Origin: Clostridiales bacterium
GTDB lineage: Bacteria > Bacillota > Clostridia > Christensenellales > QAND01
DNA: 64,000 nt
Assembly: GCA_015056185.1 (NCBI GenBank)
Contig: SVGV01000001.1
Location: 8,285 to 72,284, forward strand
Direction: 5' to 3'
Of this stretch, positions 9,501 to 19,044 are shown piece after piece. The notes under the pieces were generated by a model, which worked only from the letters and a program-made list of their open reading frames with translations, was not told the origin of the DNA and made no database searches. The number at the start of each line of letters is the position of its first letter. The first letter of the stretch is position 1. The translations under genes were made by a program, and so were the position numbers.

Positions 9501-10070
9501 TCAGCTTTCAGAAAGGGAAACAAAGGGAATGACTTCCACTTCACCCGCTGCGGTGGTGCAAAGGCACAAACTGTAGCCCGTGGGCGGGGGAAGGTGGATG
9601 AGCCTCGCACCTTCCGTTTGGGGGGCAAGGGTATGGCCGCTTACAGTGCAAAAGGATGGAAAAAGGCTGCGGCGGATGCCCATACCCGTGAATTTGACAT
9701 AGCTTTCCTTGGCGGCCCACACATCAAAAAAGGCCCGGGGATCATCCTGAACATAGGCTTGTTCCAAGGGGTGGTACATCCTTTTTACGATGGCCCGGAA
9801 GGAAAGGGGCCGGTGAATCTGCAGATCCGCCCCGATGGGCTCATGAGCAAAGGCACAAAGCCAGTAGCTGCCGCTGTGGCTGATGGAAACATGCACCTGG
9901 GGCAGCCGGGGGAAACAGGGCTTGCCCTCGGGGGTTTTATGAAGCACTAAGGGAGTGGGAACTTTTAGCCCAAGAAGAGCGGCGTATTCTTTTGCATGGA
10001 GCAGAAGGCGCTCGGTGTTTTCCTGTTTGGTACCCATGGGGTACAGGTATAGGTGGATGGGTGGATGCAT
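9501..10070 (-). CDS. 4'-phosphopantetheinyl transferase (Sfp-type)
   Basis: TPEGKP, HVSISHSG, IGADLQ, WAAKESYVKFTG; GGAGG RBS. Confidence 0.9.
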   Translation of the reverse strand: MHPPIHLYLYPMGTKQENTERLLLHAKEYAALLGLKVPTPLVLHKTPEGKPCFPRLPQVHVSISHSGSYWLCAFAHEPIGADLQIHRPLSFRAIVKRMYHPLEQAYVQDDPRAFFDVWAAKESYVKFTGMGIRRSLFPSFCTVSGHTLAPQTEGARLIHLPPPTGYSLCLCTTAAGEVEVIPFVSLSES

Positions 10071-10159
10071 GATAAACCTCCACAAAGACTTACAAATATT
10101 GTAGATGGTTCCTTAGCCCATTGCAACGAAAATAAAAAAAGGCACTTTCGTGCCTTTTT

Positions 10160-10420
10160 TTATTTGCTGAAAAGCCCGTCTTTATCCTCACCATCATCGG
10201 AATGGTGGTTGTGGTACACGCTGGCACCATCTTTTTTTAAGGGGATGTCGTAGATCTCTTGATAGGAATCCACCTCGGATTCCATCGTGATCTCCGATTG
10301 GATCAGGCCGGTGCATTCCGTGCCGGATACCACAGAGCGTTTTGCGATATCCAACACCGGGTCTTTCGCTTCATCATAGGGTTTTGCGGTGGCGGGTGGT
10401 ACAAGTGGTTCTTTTTGCAT
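10160..10420 (-). CDS. Small acidic hypothetical protein (86 aa)
   Basis: AAGGAG RBS, ATG 10420; contains SGTECTGLI; followed by a terminator at about 10134-10161. Confidence 0.7.
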   Translation of the reverse strand: MQKEPLVPPATAKPYDEAKDPVLDIAKRSVVSGTECTGLIQSEITMESEVDSYQEIYDIPLKKDGASVYHNHHSDDGEDKDGLFSK

Positions 10421-10467
10421 ACTGACTCCTTTCAAAACAAAAAGGGAGCAAGAATGCTCCCTTTTTG

Positions 10468-10626
10468 TTACCGTACCCGGAAGGACTCGCAGTCGGTACA
10501 CTGGATCCCTTTGGGGTTTGCCTCGTGGGTACCCACGGTGATCCGGTCCAGAGAGCAGAAGTTCTCGCTCTGGCAATGATGTGCACACTGCTGCACGGTA
10601 CAACCAATACTCTTGTTGGCTTTCAT
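10468..10626 (-). CDS. DUF1540-type small Cys-rich protein
   Basis: IGCTVQQCAHHC...I.VG...TDCESF pattern; GGAGGTG RBS. Confidence 0.85.
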   Translation of the reverse strand: MKANKSIGCTVQQCAHHCQSENFCSLDRITVGTHEANPKGIQCTDCESFRVR

Positions 10627-10652
10627 CTCTATCACCTCCGAAGACTCAGCGG

Positions 10653-10682
10653 TATTGTGTGCAGTTTTGCCCCCTTTGATGC
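10653..10682 (-). promoter_or_regulatory. Putative forespore (sigG/sigF-type) promoter of the DUF1540 gene
   Basis: GCATC-N18-CACAATA vs GHATA-N17/18-CATAHTA consensus. Confidence 0.4.
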
Positions 10683-10713
10683 ACAAAACCGAAAAATTTT
10701 TTGCTTTTTGGGG

Positions 10714-10742
10714 GTATAGGAACAGGGCAAAAACGGATAATA
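10714..10742 (+). promoter_or_regulatory. Putative forespore (sigG/sigF-type) promoter of the yhfW-like gene
   Basis: GTATA-N17-GATAATA just upstream of AAGGAGG RBS. Confidence 0.5.
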
Positions 10743-10761
10743 AGGAAAAAGGAGGAGACGG

Positions 10762-12234
10762 ATGGCATCTTACTGGGAAGAACACCTTTTGCGCACAGAA
10801 TACCCCCTATTAGGGGAAGTAACAGAGGCGGATGTCTGCGTCATCGGCGGGGGCATCACGGGGATGTGCATCGCTTTTGAACTGAGCCGCCTGGGAAAAC
10901 AGGTGGTGCTGCTGGAGGCAGAGCGCGTCGGCAGCGGTGCGACATCGGGCACCACCGCAAAGGTGACGGTGCAGCACGGCGGGGATTGCTATACAAGATT
11001 GATCGGCCGGCGGGGAGAACACCACGGGGTGCGCTACGCTGCCCATGCCCTGTGGGCGCTGCAGCGGTATGAAGAATTGGCAAAGGAATACGGGCTGGAT
11101 TTTGACTATACCCGTATGCCGTTATACCTGTACTGCAATACGGAGGAAGGCAAAGGAAAACTCATGGAGGAAAAGCATGCCCATGAGCGGCTTGGCATCC
11201 AAAGCCAATTAGTGGATCCTTCCGCTTTGCCCTTTGCCGCCCGTGCCGCGCTGATGCTGCCCCTGCAGGGGAGTTTGCACCCCTTAAAGCTGGTGCTGGG
11301 CCTTGCCCGGGTGCTGCAAGAAGGGGGCGGCAGGATCTATGAGCACAGCCGTGTGTTAAAGGTGGGGGAAGATGGCGTCGTGACCACCGCCCATGGCGCG
11401 GTGCGGGCAAAGCAGGTGGTTTTAGCCACCCACTACCCCATTGAGGATTTCGGTGGACGGTATTTTTTAAAGATGTACCAGGAGCGTTCCTATGCACTTG
11501 GCATCCTGGCTCCCTCGTTATTGGATGCCATGTACCTGGGCATGGAGCAGGACAGTGTGGCTTACCGCCCCATGGGGGAGTTTGCAGCGGCATCGGGGGA
11601 AAGCCATGAAACGGGCAAGGACCCAAAGGGCAAACCCTACCCCAGGCTCCATCAACGGGTGCAGCAGCAGTTGGGGGAAATAAAGGTATATGGGTGCTGG
11701 AATGCCCAGGACTGCATGACCTACGACGGTGTGCCGTTGATCGGCCGGTATCAAAAAGGGGATGAGGTGCGGTTTGTGGCAACGGGCTTTGGCAAGTGGG
11801 GCATGACCCATGCTTTAACGGCAGCGAAGATCATCGGGGAATTGGTGGTCACGGGTAACTGTAAAGATGAAAGCCTGTATGCCCCCTATCGGTTTTCGGT
11901 CATGGACCTCAGCCGCGGGTATAGAAGGCATTTGGGTACCACCATTGCATCGGTCACGGCGGGGTGGATGGGTCTGCCATCTATAAACAAAGGGGGCAGT
12001 GTGCCCGGTGGGCGCATCCGCAGAAGGGGCGGCAAGCGAATGGGCATCTACACCACGGAGTTTGGAGAGGAGATCGCCGTGCACGCAAAATGCACCCACA
12101 TGGGCTGTGGCTTAAAATGGAACGATGTGGATAAAACCTGGGATTGCCCCTGCCACGGTTCCCGGTTTGACCGCTTTGGCAACGTGCTGGAGGCCCCCGC
12201 CACAAGGGGGTTAGGGGAGGAAGATAAGGCATAA
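10762..12234 (+). CDS. FAD-dependent oxidoreductase with C-terminal Rieske [2Fe-2S] domain (YhfW-like)
   Basis: VIGGGITG, ATGFGKWGMT, CTHMGC and WDCPCHGSRF Rieske boxes. Confidence 0.93.
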   Translation: MASYWEEHLLRTEYPLLGEVTEADVCVIGGGITGMCIAFELSRLGKQVVLLEAERVGSGATSGTTAKVTVQHGGDCYTRLIGRRGEHHGVRYAAHALWALQRYEELAKEYGLDFDYTRMPLYLYCNTEEGKGKLMEEKHAHERLGIQSQLVDPSALPFAARAALMLPLQGSLHPLKLVLGLARVLQEGGGRIYEHSRVLKVGEDGVVTTAHGAVRAKQVVLATHYPIEDFGGRYFLKMYQERSYALGILAPSLLDAMYLGMEQDSVAYRPMGEFAAASGESHETGKDPKGKPYPRLHQRVQQQLGEIKVYGCWNAQDCMTYDGVPLIGRYQKGDEVRFVATGFGKWGMTHALTAAKIIGELVVTGNCKDESLYAPYRFSVMDLSRGYRRHLGTTIASVTAGWMGLPSINKGGSVPGGRIRRRGGKRMGIYTTEFGEEIAVHAKCTHMGCGLKWNDVDKTWDCPCHGSRFDRFGNVLEAPATRGLGEEDKA

Positions 12235-12277
12235 TCAAAAACCCAGCGCATATGGTTACCTGTAAGGAGGGGACGAT

Positions 12278-13099
12278 ATGGAGGGGAAAAAGAGGCTTGG
12301 GCCCATCCGCAAAAAGGGGATGGGCCTTTTTATGCTGATGGCGGTCATCATGGCGCTCATCGGGGTGCAGCTGTGGGGCATCGGCGACAGTGTGGTGACC
12401 ATGGTGACCTACAACATGCGGGATTGGGGGCTAAGCTTTGGGGAAAGCGGCACGGTACCCAGGGGCAATGCCGATGCGGAGGAGCTAAAAAAGCTCAACA
12501 GCTATTATGTGGCCCCTACGGAGGAAAAGATCATCTATTTGACCTTTGATGCCGGGTATGAATCCGGCCAGACGGAGCAAATCTTGGATGCCTTAAAAAA
12601 GCATGAGGTGCCTGCCGCCTTCTTTTTAGTGGGCCATTATATGGAAAGCTGCCCCGATTTGGTGCGCCGCATGGCGAAGGAAGGCCATGTGGTGGCCAAC
12701 CACACCATGCACCACCCCAATATGAGTCAGTTAAAAGACCGGGCCGCCTTTGAAAAAGAACTGACGGATCTGGAAGCGCTGTATTATGAAATTACCGGGG
12801 AGGAAATGAAAAAATTCTACCGTCCGCCGGAAGGGAAGTTCAGCGAGACCAACCTGAAAATGGCCCAGGAATTGGGGTACACCACCTGTTTTTGGAGCCT
12901 TGCCTATGCTGATTGGGATCAAAACGCCCAGCCCAGCCGGGAAGAGGCCTTTCATAAGCTATTAGGCCGCATCCACCCCGGGGCCATTGTGCTTTTGCAC
13001 AGCACCAGTGCCACCAATGCTGCTATTATGGATGAGCTGATCACACGCTATAAAGAGATGGGCTATACCTTTGGAAGCCTGACCGATTTGCAAAAATAA
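12278..13099 (+). CDS. pdaA: Polysaccharide deacetylase, PdaA-like (spore cortex muramic delta-lactam)
   Basis: IYLTFDAGYE, NHTMHHP, YRPPEGKFSE, WSLAYADW, PGAIVLLH. Confidence 0.8.
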   Translation: MEGKKRLGPIRKKGMGLFMLMAVIMALIGVQLWGIGDSVVTMVTYNMRDWGLSFGESGTVPRGNADAEELKKLNSYYVAPTEEKIIYLTFDAGYESGQTEQILDALKKHEVPAAFFLVGHYMESCPDLVRRMAKEGHVVANHTMHHPNMSQLKDRAAFEKELTDLEALYYEITGEEMKKFYRPPEGKFSETNLKMAQELGYTTCFWSLAYADWDQNAQPSREEAFHKLLGRIHPGAIVLLHSTSATNAAIMDELITRYKEMGYTFGSLTDLQK

Positions 13100-13169
13100 A
13101 GAGCGGCAGCGCCGCTCTTTTTCTTATGATTTACCTTTGAACGATTTACCGCTATAATAAAGGAAATCA

Positions 13170-13751
13170 ATGGAAGGGATGACGAAGATGGATTTACAAT
13201 CTGCAGAAGTTCTGCTCAAACAATATGTGGAAAAGGATAGTTTAATGAAGCACTGTATGGCCGTTCAGGCTGCCATGGAGGAGATGGCACGGGTGATGGG
13301 CGGCGATGTGGAGCGCTGGGCCGTGGTGGGCCTTTTGCACGACATCGACTATGAAAAGTACCCGGAGGAGCACGCCATCAAAGCCCGTGAGATTTTGGAG
13401 AGCCACGGGGTGGAAGAGGAGATCATCCGCGCGGTACAGAGCCATGCCTATGGCATGCGGTGCGATGTGGAGCCCATCAGCGATATGGAAAAGGCTGTGT
13501 ATGCTGTGGATGAGATGACGGGCCTTGTAAACGCCTGTGTTCTGGTGCGGCCCAGCAAGAGCATTATGGACCTGACGGTCAAGAGTGTGAAGAAAAAGTG
13601 GAAGGATAAGGCCTTTGCGGCTGCCATCAACCGGGATGTGATCCAGGCGGGGGCGGACAGGCTGAACATGCCCGTGGAAGAACTGATGGGCCATGTGATC
13701 AACGGCATGAAGGCCAGGGCAGAAGAGCTGGGCATCAAAGGGGATGCCTAA
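13170..13751 (+). CDS. HD-domain phosphohydrolase (start may be 13188)
   Basis: LMKHC, GLLHDIDYE, AVDEMTG, LTVKSVKKKWKDKAFAA. Confidence 0.88.
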   Translation: MEGMTKMDLQSAEVLLKQYVEKDSLMKHCMAVQAAMEEMARVMGGDVERWAVVGLLHDIDYEKYPEEHAIKAREILESHGVEEEIIRAVQSHAYGMRCDVEPISDMEKAVYAVDEMTGLVNACVLVRPSKSIMDLTVKSVKKKWKDKAFAAAINRDVIQAGADRLNMPVEELMGHVINGMKARAEELGIKGDA

Positions 13752-13763
13752 TAGGAGGGCAAT

Positions 13764-14738
13764 ATGGGGATCCAAGCGGTGGGCATCGGCACCGGTGTGG
13801 CCGATATGCTGCTGAACATCGATAAACTGCCGGGGTACAACGAAAACGCCAATCTGCTGATGCAGAGCAACCAGTACGGCGGCAAGGTGGCCACTGCTAT
13901 GGCCGCTGTGGGCCGGCTGGGTATGGAGTGCGCCATCATCGGCGTTATCGGTGATGATGTGTGGGGCCACGCCCAGCTGCGTGATTATGCCCGCAGCGGA
14001 GTGAATACGGAACACCAAATCATCGACCCCAATGGCGGCACCATTTTAAGCGTGGTGCTTTCTGACCGCGAGGGCAGTCGGAACTTTTTGGGCAACGGCA
14101 ACCCCAACAAGCAGCGCTGCCGCCCTCTTAGGGTGGAGGACCTGGACGAAACCATGATCCGTAATGCCAAGGGGCTGTTGCTGGATAAGGACGGGGATCC
14201 TCAAAGGGCGGCTGCACAGTGGATCCGCCAGAGCGGCGGTGTGGTATGCTTTGATGCCGATGTTTACACCGAAGGCCGGGAAAGCATGATCCCCTATACC
14301 GATGCCTTTATTCCATCGGAATTCTATTATAAAGAACGGTATGGGGAAGGCACCCCCGTTGAAGATGCTTTAAGGGATATTGTGAGCCGCGGGGCGAAAA
14401 CCGCCATCATCACCCTGGGGGAAAGGGGCCTTGTGGGTCTGAGCCAGGGGGAATTCTTTACCCTGCCGGCCTTTTCGGTGGATGTGGTGGATACCACCGG
14501 TGCGGGGGATGTGTTCCACGGGGCGTACCTTTATGGGATGATCAAAGGCTTTAGCGTGGTGGAATGCGCCAGGTTTGCTTCGGCGGTGTCCGCCATTAAG
14601 TGCAGCAGCATCGGCGGGCGGTCTGCCCTGCCTACTTATGAGATCGCAAAGGAGTTTATGGAAACGGGCAGGCTGGACAGAGGCTGGATCGATGAGCGGG
14701 TGCGCTATTACATGCAGCCCTTTGAAATGCAGAAATAA
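13764..14738 (+). CDS. PfkB-family carbohydrate kinase
   Basis: GGKVATA, ITLGERG, VDTTGAGDVFHGA anion-hole motif. Confidence 0.92.
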   Translation: MGIQAVGIGTGVADMLLNIDKLPGYNENANLLMQSNQYGGKVATAMAAVGRLGMECAIIGVIGDDVWGHAQLRDYARSGVNTEHQIIDPNGGTILSVVLSDREGSRNFLGNGNPNKQRCRPLRVEDLDETMIRNAKGLLLDKDGDPQRAAAQWIRQSGGVVCFDADVYTEGRESMIPYTDAFIPSEFYYKERYGEGTPVEDALRDIVSRGAKTAIITLGERGLVGLSQGEFFTLPAFSVDVVDTTGAGDVFHGAYLYGMIKGFSVVECARFASAVSAIKCSSIGGRSALPTYEIAKEFMETGRLDRGWIDERVRYYMQPFEMQK

Positions 14739-14777
14739 AAAAAGAGCGGGGAGAAAGTCCTCGCTCTTTTTGTTTTT

Positions 14778-16175
14778 TTATACTTTCATCAGCTTCCACT
14801 TGCCGCTTCTGAAGCGGAAGAAGACCATGACAGCCCTGAAGCACTGTTCCAGGGTGATGCCGAACCATGCGCCCATGACGCCGAAGTTCATAACGATGAC
14901 GAACAGGAAGGCCAGAGAGGGGCGGAGGATCATCATGCTGATGAGCAGTACCATGGCGGTGTAGCGGGTATCACCCGCGCCGCGGAGGCTGGATGCCGTG
15001 ACGAAGTAGTAGCACTGGATGGGCTGAGTCAGGCTGACGAAGGTGAGTACCTGCGCCGTAAGGGCGATGACCTCGGCCTCGTTGGCGTAAAGCCCCACGA
15101 TGGGGTGGGCAAAGGTAAAGAGTAGTAAACCGATGAGTACAGCTACGGCAAAACCCACTTTATTGGTCTCCCGTGCGTATTCTTCTGCAAGATCGGGGCG
15201 TTTGCGGCCCAGGTTCTGCCCGACAAAGGTGGTGGATGCCACGCCGAAGGCCTGGCCCGTGGTGAAGGAGAGGCTTTCGATGTTGATGGTGATGGTATGG
15301 GCGGCAAAGGCCACGGTGCCAAGGCCGGCTACGATGCGGGTAAAGATGAACTGGCCCACACGCATACCAAGCTGTTCCACCATGGTGGGGGTACCAACGC
15401 GGAGCATGCGGCGCACCACTTCTTTATCGATGGATTTGTGCTCACGGGAGAGGTACACGTACTGCTTTTTGCGCAGCAGGATGAACAGACCCATAAAGAA
15501 GGCGATGACAAAACCCAGGCTGGTGGCGATGGCAGCGCCGGCTACACCAAGCTGGGGGAAACCCAGGTTGCCGTAGATCAGGCAGTAGTTGAAGAACACG
15601 TTGACAAGGTTTGCCGTCATGTTCATATAAAGTGAGGCTTTGGTGTTGCCCACGCCCCTTAAGGCAGCCGTGATGGCCATGCCGGCGATGTTAAAGGGCA
15701 TACCGATGAGAATGTACTTGAAGTATAGTGCGCCGTAATAGGTTGCCTGGGCATCGCCGCCCATGATCCCCACCAGGTTATAGACAAAGAAATAAGCGAT
15801 GGTGCTGAGCACGATGGACAGAATGATGGAGATGATGAGGTTGCTGCTGGTGGCGGTATTGGCGGTATCCTGCCGGCCTTCGCCGCGGCTGCGGGCAACC
15901 AAAGCGGTGCAGCCTACGTTTAACGCCTGGAACAAAGCTAAAATCAAAAACTTAGGCTGGTTGGTAAGGCCGATGGCAGTAATGGCATAGCTGCCTAAAT
16001 CGCCTACCATCATCATATCCACAATGCCGCACAGAGAAACCAGGATCATTTCCAGTGCGCTGGGCCACGCCATACGGAAGATATCCCACCGGATCTCCCG
16101 TTTTGTGGGGTGATCCTTTAGCATAAAATTGTGGGGCGCTTTTTCCTTCTTACTGAACAGAGCCAATCCCTTCAC
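14778..16175 (-). CDS. MATE-family efflux transporter (start uncertain)
   Basis: AWPSALE, ALRGVGNTK, GVAGAAIAT, LRGAGDT; 12-TM pattern. Confidence 0.93.
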   Translation of the reverse strand: MKGLALFSKKEKAPHNFMLKDHPTKREIRWDIFRMAWPSALEMILVSLCGIVDMMMVGDLGSYAITAIGLTNQPKFLILALFQALNVGCTALVARSRGEGRQDTANTATSSNLIISIILSIVLSTIAYFFVYNLVGIMGGDAQATYYGALYFKYILIGMPFNIAGMAITAALRGVGNTKASLYMNMTANLVNVFFNYCLIYGNLGFPQLGVAGAAIATSLGFVIAFFMGLFILLRKKQYVYLSREHKSIDKEVVRRMLRVGTPTMVEQLGMRVGQFIFTRIVAGLGTVAFAAHTITINIESLSFTTGQAFGVASTTFVGQNLGRKRPDLAEEYARETNKVGFAVAVLIGLLLFTFAHPIVGLYANEAEVIALTAQVLTFVSLTQPIQCYYFVTASSLRGAGDTRYTAMVLLISMMILRPSLAFLFVIVMNFGVMGAWFGITLEQCFRAVMVFFRFRSGKWKLMKV

Positions 16176-16369
16176 ACCTTTCGAAAGAATCCGGCATAAA
16201 AAAGGCCACCTACCATAGTGGCTTTGCCGGAATGGACAGAAAAACTTTTAATGGTTATACTATACACCCTTCAAGATAAATTGCAAGCCATTGGAAGAAA
16301 AAAGTTGGCATTGCAACATTTGAAATTTACGCTGCTTTGTGTTGAAATAATCTGGAAGAGGTGATGGAT

Positions 16370-16792
16370 ATGAAGCGGACGATTGCGGTGATCGATGGAA
16401 AAGGCGGCGGCCTGGGAAGGGCCGTGGTGGAATCCTTATTAAAAGCGGGGGTAGAAGGGCAGATTTTAGCCCTGGGCACCAATGCCATTGCTACTGCCAA
16501 TATGTTAAAAGGCGGTGCTCATGACGGCGCCAGCGGGGAAAACGCCATCCGCCATATGTGCAAAAAGGCAGATGTGATCGTAGGGGCCATCGGCATTTTG
16601 ACGGCGGACGCCATGATGGGGGAGATCACCGAAGTGATGGCAAAGGCTGTAGCGGACAGTGCTGCCCAGAAGGTACTCATCCCCTTGCAAAGGTGCGGCA
16701 TCACCGTGGCGGGGGTTGGCGAATTGACGCTGAAGGAGATCCTTAGTCAGGTGCCTGAGCTTGTAAAACAGGCGTTGGCGGAGGCAGAGTGA
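16370..16792 (+). CDS. DUF3842-family protein
   Basis: IAVIDGKGGGLG, ALGTNAIATANMLKGGA..GASGENAI, MMGEIT. Confidence 0.85.
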   Translation: MKRTIAVIDGKGGGLGRAVVESLLKAGVEGQILALGTNAIATANMLKGGAHDGASGENAIRHMCKKADVIVGAIGILTADAMMGEITEVMAKAVADSAAQKVLIPLQRCGITVAGVGELTLKEILSQVPELVKQALAEAE

Positions 16793-17259
16793 TGGCAGTT
16801 AAGATCCGCCCTATGTCAGCGGGGGATATGGCCCAAGTGTTAGCCCTTTATCGGGAGTTTTACGGCGAAATGGCGGCTTTGGCCCCCAAGTATGTGCAAA
16901 AGGCCGAGCAGGATGAAGGGTATTTGCGTGCCGTTTGCGAAAGCGACGAGGATGAGGTGTTTGTGGCAGAATGCGATGGCACTGTTGTGGGGGTCATGGT
17001 GCTGCAAAGCCAGGAGACACCCCCCTATGACAATATGGTGTTTTACCGCTATGGCTGTTTGATGGACATCATGGTCGCACCCCAATACCGGAGCAAAGGC
17101 ATTGGCAAGGGGCTTTTGGATGCGGCAAAAAGCTGGTGCCGTGAGCAGCAGCTTAGTTATTTGGAACTGGAAGTCTTAAAGAGCAACAAAAGGGCCATGG
17201 AGTTTTACTTAAGAGAAGGGTTTTTGGAAGAAACCGTGACCATGCGCATGGGTATATAA
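16792..17259 (+). CDS. GNAT-family N-acetyltransferase
   Basis: IMVAPQYRSKGIGKGLL, N..AMEFYLREGF. Confidence 0.92.
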   Translation: MAVKIRPMSAGDMAQVLALYREFYGEMAALAPKYVQKAEQDEGYLRAVCESDEDEVFVAECDGTVVGVMVLQSQETPPYDNMVFYRYGCLMDIMVAPQYRSKGIGKGLLDAAKSWCREQQLSYLELEVLKSNKRAMEFYLREGFLEETVTMRMGI

Positions 17260-17289
17260 AAAAAGAAAGCCGACTTTCGTCGGCTTTCT

Positions 17290-18774
17290 TTATTTTGCCC
17301 AGTTTAAGCTGCGGTCCACAGCATTGTGCCATTTGGACAGAAGGGCGGTTCGCTCTTCCTTTGCCATGGTGGGGTAGAACTCCCGATCCATCTGCCAAAG
17401 GTTGATAGGGTCGTTTTCTCCGTAATAGCCCGTTGCGATGCCGGCAAGGTAAGCGGCACCCAGGGCGGTGGCCTCCTGATTATGGGGGCAGAGGACCCGA
17501 GCACCCATGATATCCGCCTGGAACTGCATTAAGAAGTTGTTGGCGCTGGCACCGCCATCCACCTTTAAGGTGAAGATGGGGTTTTGCGCCGCCATGGCCA
17601 TGATGTTTAAGACATCCATGGTGCTGTAGGCGATGGATTCCAAAGTGGCCCGGACGATGTGTTCCCGCCGGGTGCCCCGGGTAAGGCCGATGATGAGGCC
17701 GCGGCTTTCCATATTCCAATAGGGTGCGCCAAGGCCGGTAAAGGCGGGTACCACATAGACGCCGCCGGTATCCCTTACGGCGTTGGCCATGGCTTCCGTC
17801 TGGGCAGCGGTTTTGATGATGCCCAGCTGATCCCGCAGCCATTTGATGGCGGCCCCCGCCACAAAGACGCTGCCTTCCAGGGCGTATTGGGGTACACCGT
17901 TGCTGGTGGCGGCCACGGTGGTGATGAGGTCTTTGGTGAAGACGGGCTTTTCGCCCACGTTCATCAAAAGGAAGCAGCCGGTGCCATAGGTGTTTTTTGC
18001 ATCCCCCCGGTGGATGCAGCCGTGGCCGAACAGGGCAGACTGCTGATCCCCCGCCATGGCAGCGATGGGGATCTCTTTGCCGAAGAGGGCAGGGTCGGTA
18101 TAGCCCATGATGCCGCAGCTGGGCAGCACCTGGGGCAGGGCATAGCGGGGCACAGCAAAGGCGGCCAAAAGCTCATCATCGTAATCCATGGTGTGGATGT
18201 TGAAGAGCATGGTGCGGCTGGCGTTGGTGACATCGGTAGCGAAGACCTGCTTGCCCGTTAAATGGTAGAGGATCCAGGAATCAATGGTGCCAAAGCACAG
18301 GCGGCCATCCACCGCGCGTTTGTAGGCGCCGGGCACGTTTTCAAAGATCCACTGGATCTTGCTGGCGGAGAAGTAAGGGTCTACAATGAGGCCCGTTTTT
18401 TGCTTGATGGTGGAAGCGAAGCCATCTTTTTTTAACTCGTTGCAGATCTCGGTACTGCGGCGGCACTGCCACACGATGGCGTTCATAAGGGGCCGGCCGG
18501 TGCGGGGGTCAAAGGCCACAACCGTTTCGCGCTGGTTGGTGATGCCGATGGCGTGGATCTGGTTTGCGGTGATCTTGGCTTTTTCCATCACGGTGCGGAT
18601 GCAGCTGAACACGGCGCTGATGATCTCCATAGGGTCGTGTTCCACATAGCCGGGCTGGGGGTAATACTGCCTTAGCTCGATGCCGTGGCTTGCTCTTGCA
18701 ATACCGGCGTTATCAAATAAGATTGCCCGGGTGCTGGTGGTGCCTTGATCGATGGAAAGAATGAATTGTTCCAT
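17290..18774 (-). CDS. glpK: Glycerol kinase
   Basis: IDQGTTSTRA, GITNQRET, WQCRR, TNASRTMLFN, GDQQSALFG, KNTYGTGCF, VDGGASAN. Confidence 0.97.
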   Translation of the reverse strand: MEQFILSIDQGTTSTRAILFDNAGIARASHGIELRQYYPQPGYVEHDPMEIISAVFSCIRTVMEKAKITANQIHAIGITNQRETVVAFDPRTGRPLMNAIVWQCRRSTEICNELKKDGFASTIKQKTGLIVDPYFSASKIQWIFENVPGAYKRAVDGRLCFGTIDSWILYHLTGKQVFATDVTNASRTMLFNIHTMDYDDELLAAFAVPRYALPQVLPSCGIMGYTDPALFGKEIPIAAMAGDQQSALFGHGCIHRGDAKNTYGTGCFLLMNVGEKPVFTKDLITTVAATSNGVPQYALEGSVFVAGAAIKWLRDQLGIIKTAAQTEAMANAVRDTGGVYVVPAFTGLGAPYWNMESRGLIIGLTRGTRREHIVRATLESIAYSTMDVLNIMAMAAQNPIFTLKVDGGASANNFLMQFQADIMGARVLCPHNQEATALGAAYLAGIATGYYGENDPINLWQMDREFYPTMAKEERTALLSKWHNAVDRSLNWAK

Positions 18775-18938
18775 ACCGATGCCTCCTCAATTCCTTACCA
18801 TCATTCTACTGAGGGCAAGGGGGGAATACAAGGGGGAATCAAAGAGGGGGAGGTTTCGCGGCAATTTACTTTTACAAGCTACTGTACTATAATACTATTT
18901 ATAGTTGTTATGGTTGCAGCAAAAGGAGGGATGCCGCC

Positions 18939-19043
18939 ATGAAATATAAGGTGAATGCCGGACTGTGGCGGATGACCTTGCCCGTTTTTGATCGTGGAGC
19001 GTTGTGCGGGATAGCGGCAGCTTTCTTAAGGGTGGGGAAATAA
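18939..19043 (+). CDS. Putative 34-aa leader ORF (MKYKVNAGLWRMTLPVFDRGALCGIAAAFLRVGK)
   Basis: AAGGAGG RBS upstream; TAA ends 1 nt before the ATG at 19045; below ORF-track cutoff. Confidence 0.45.
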   Translation: MKYKVNAGLWRMTLPVFDRGALCGIAAAFLRVGK

Positions 19044-19044
19044 C

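Noticed and set aside
9501-10070. Sfp-type PPTase as a marker of an NRPS/PKS cluster
   Set aside because: No carrier protein or synthetase genes in the window.
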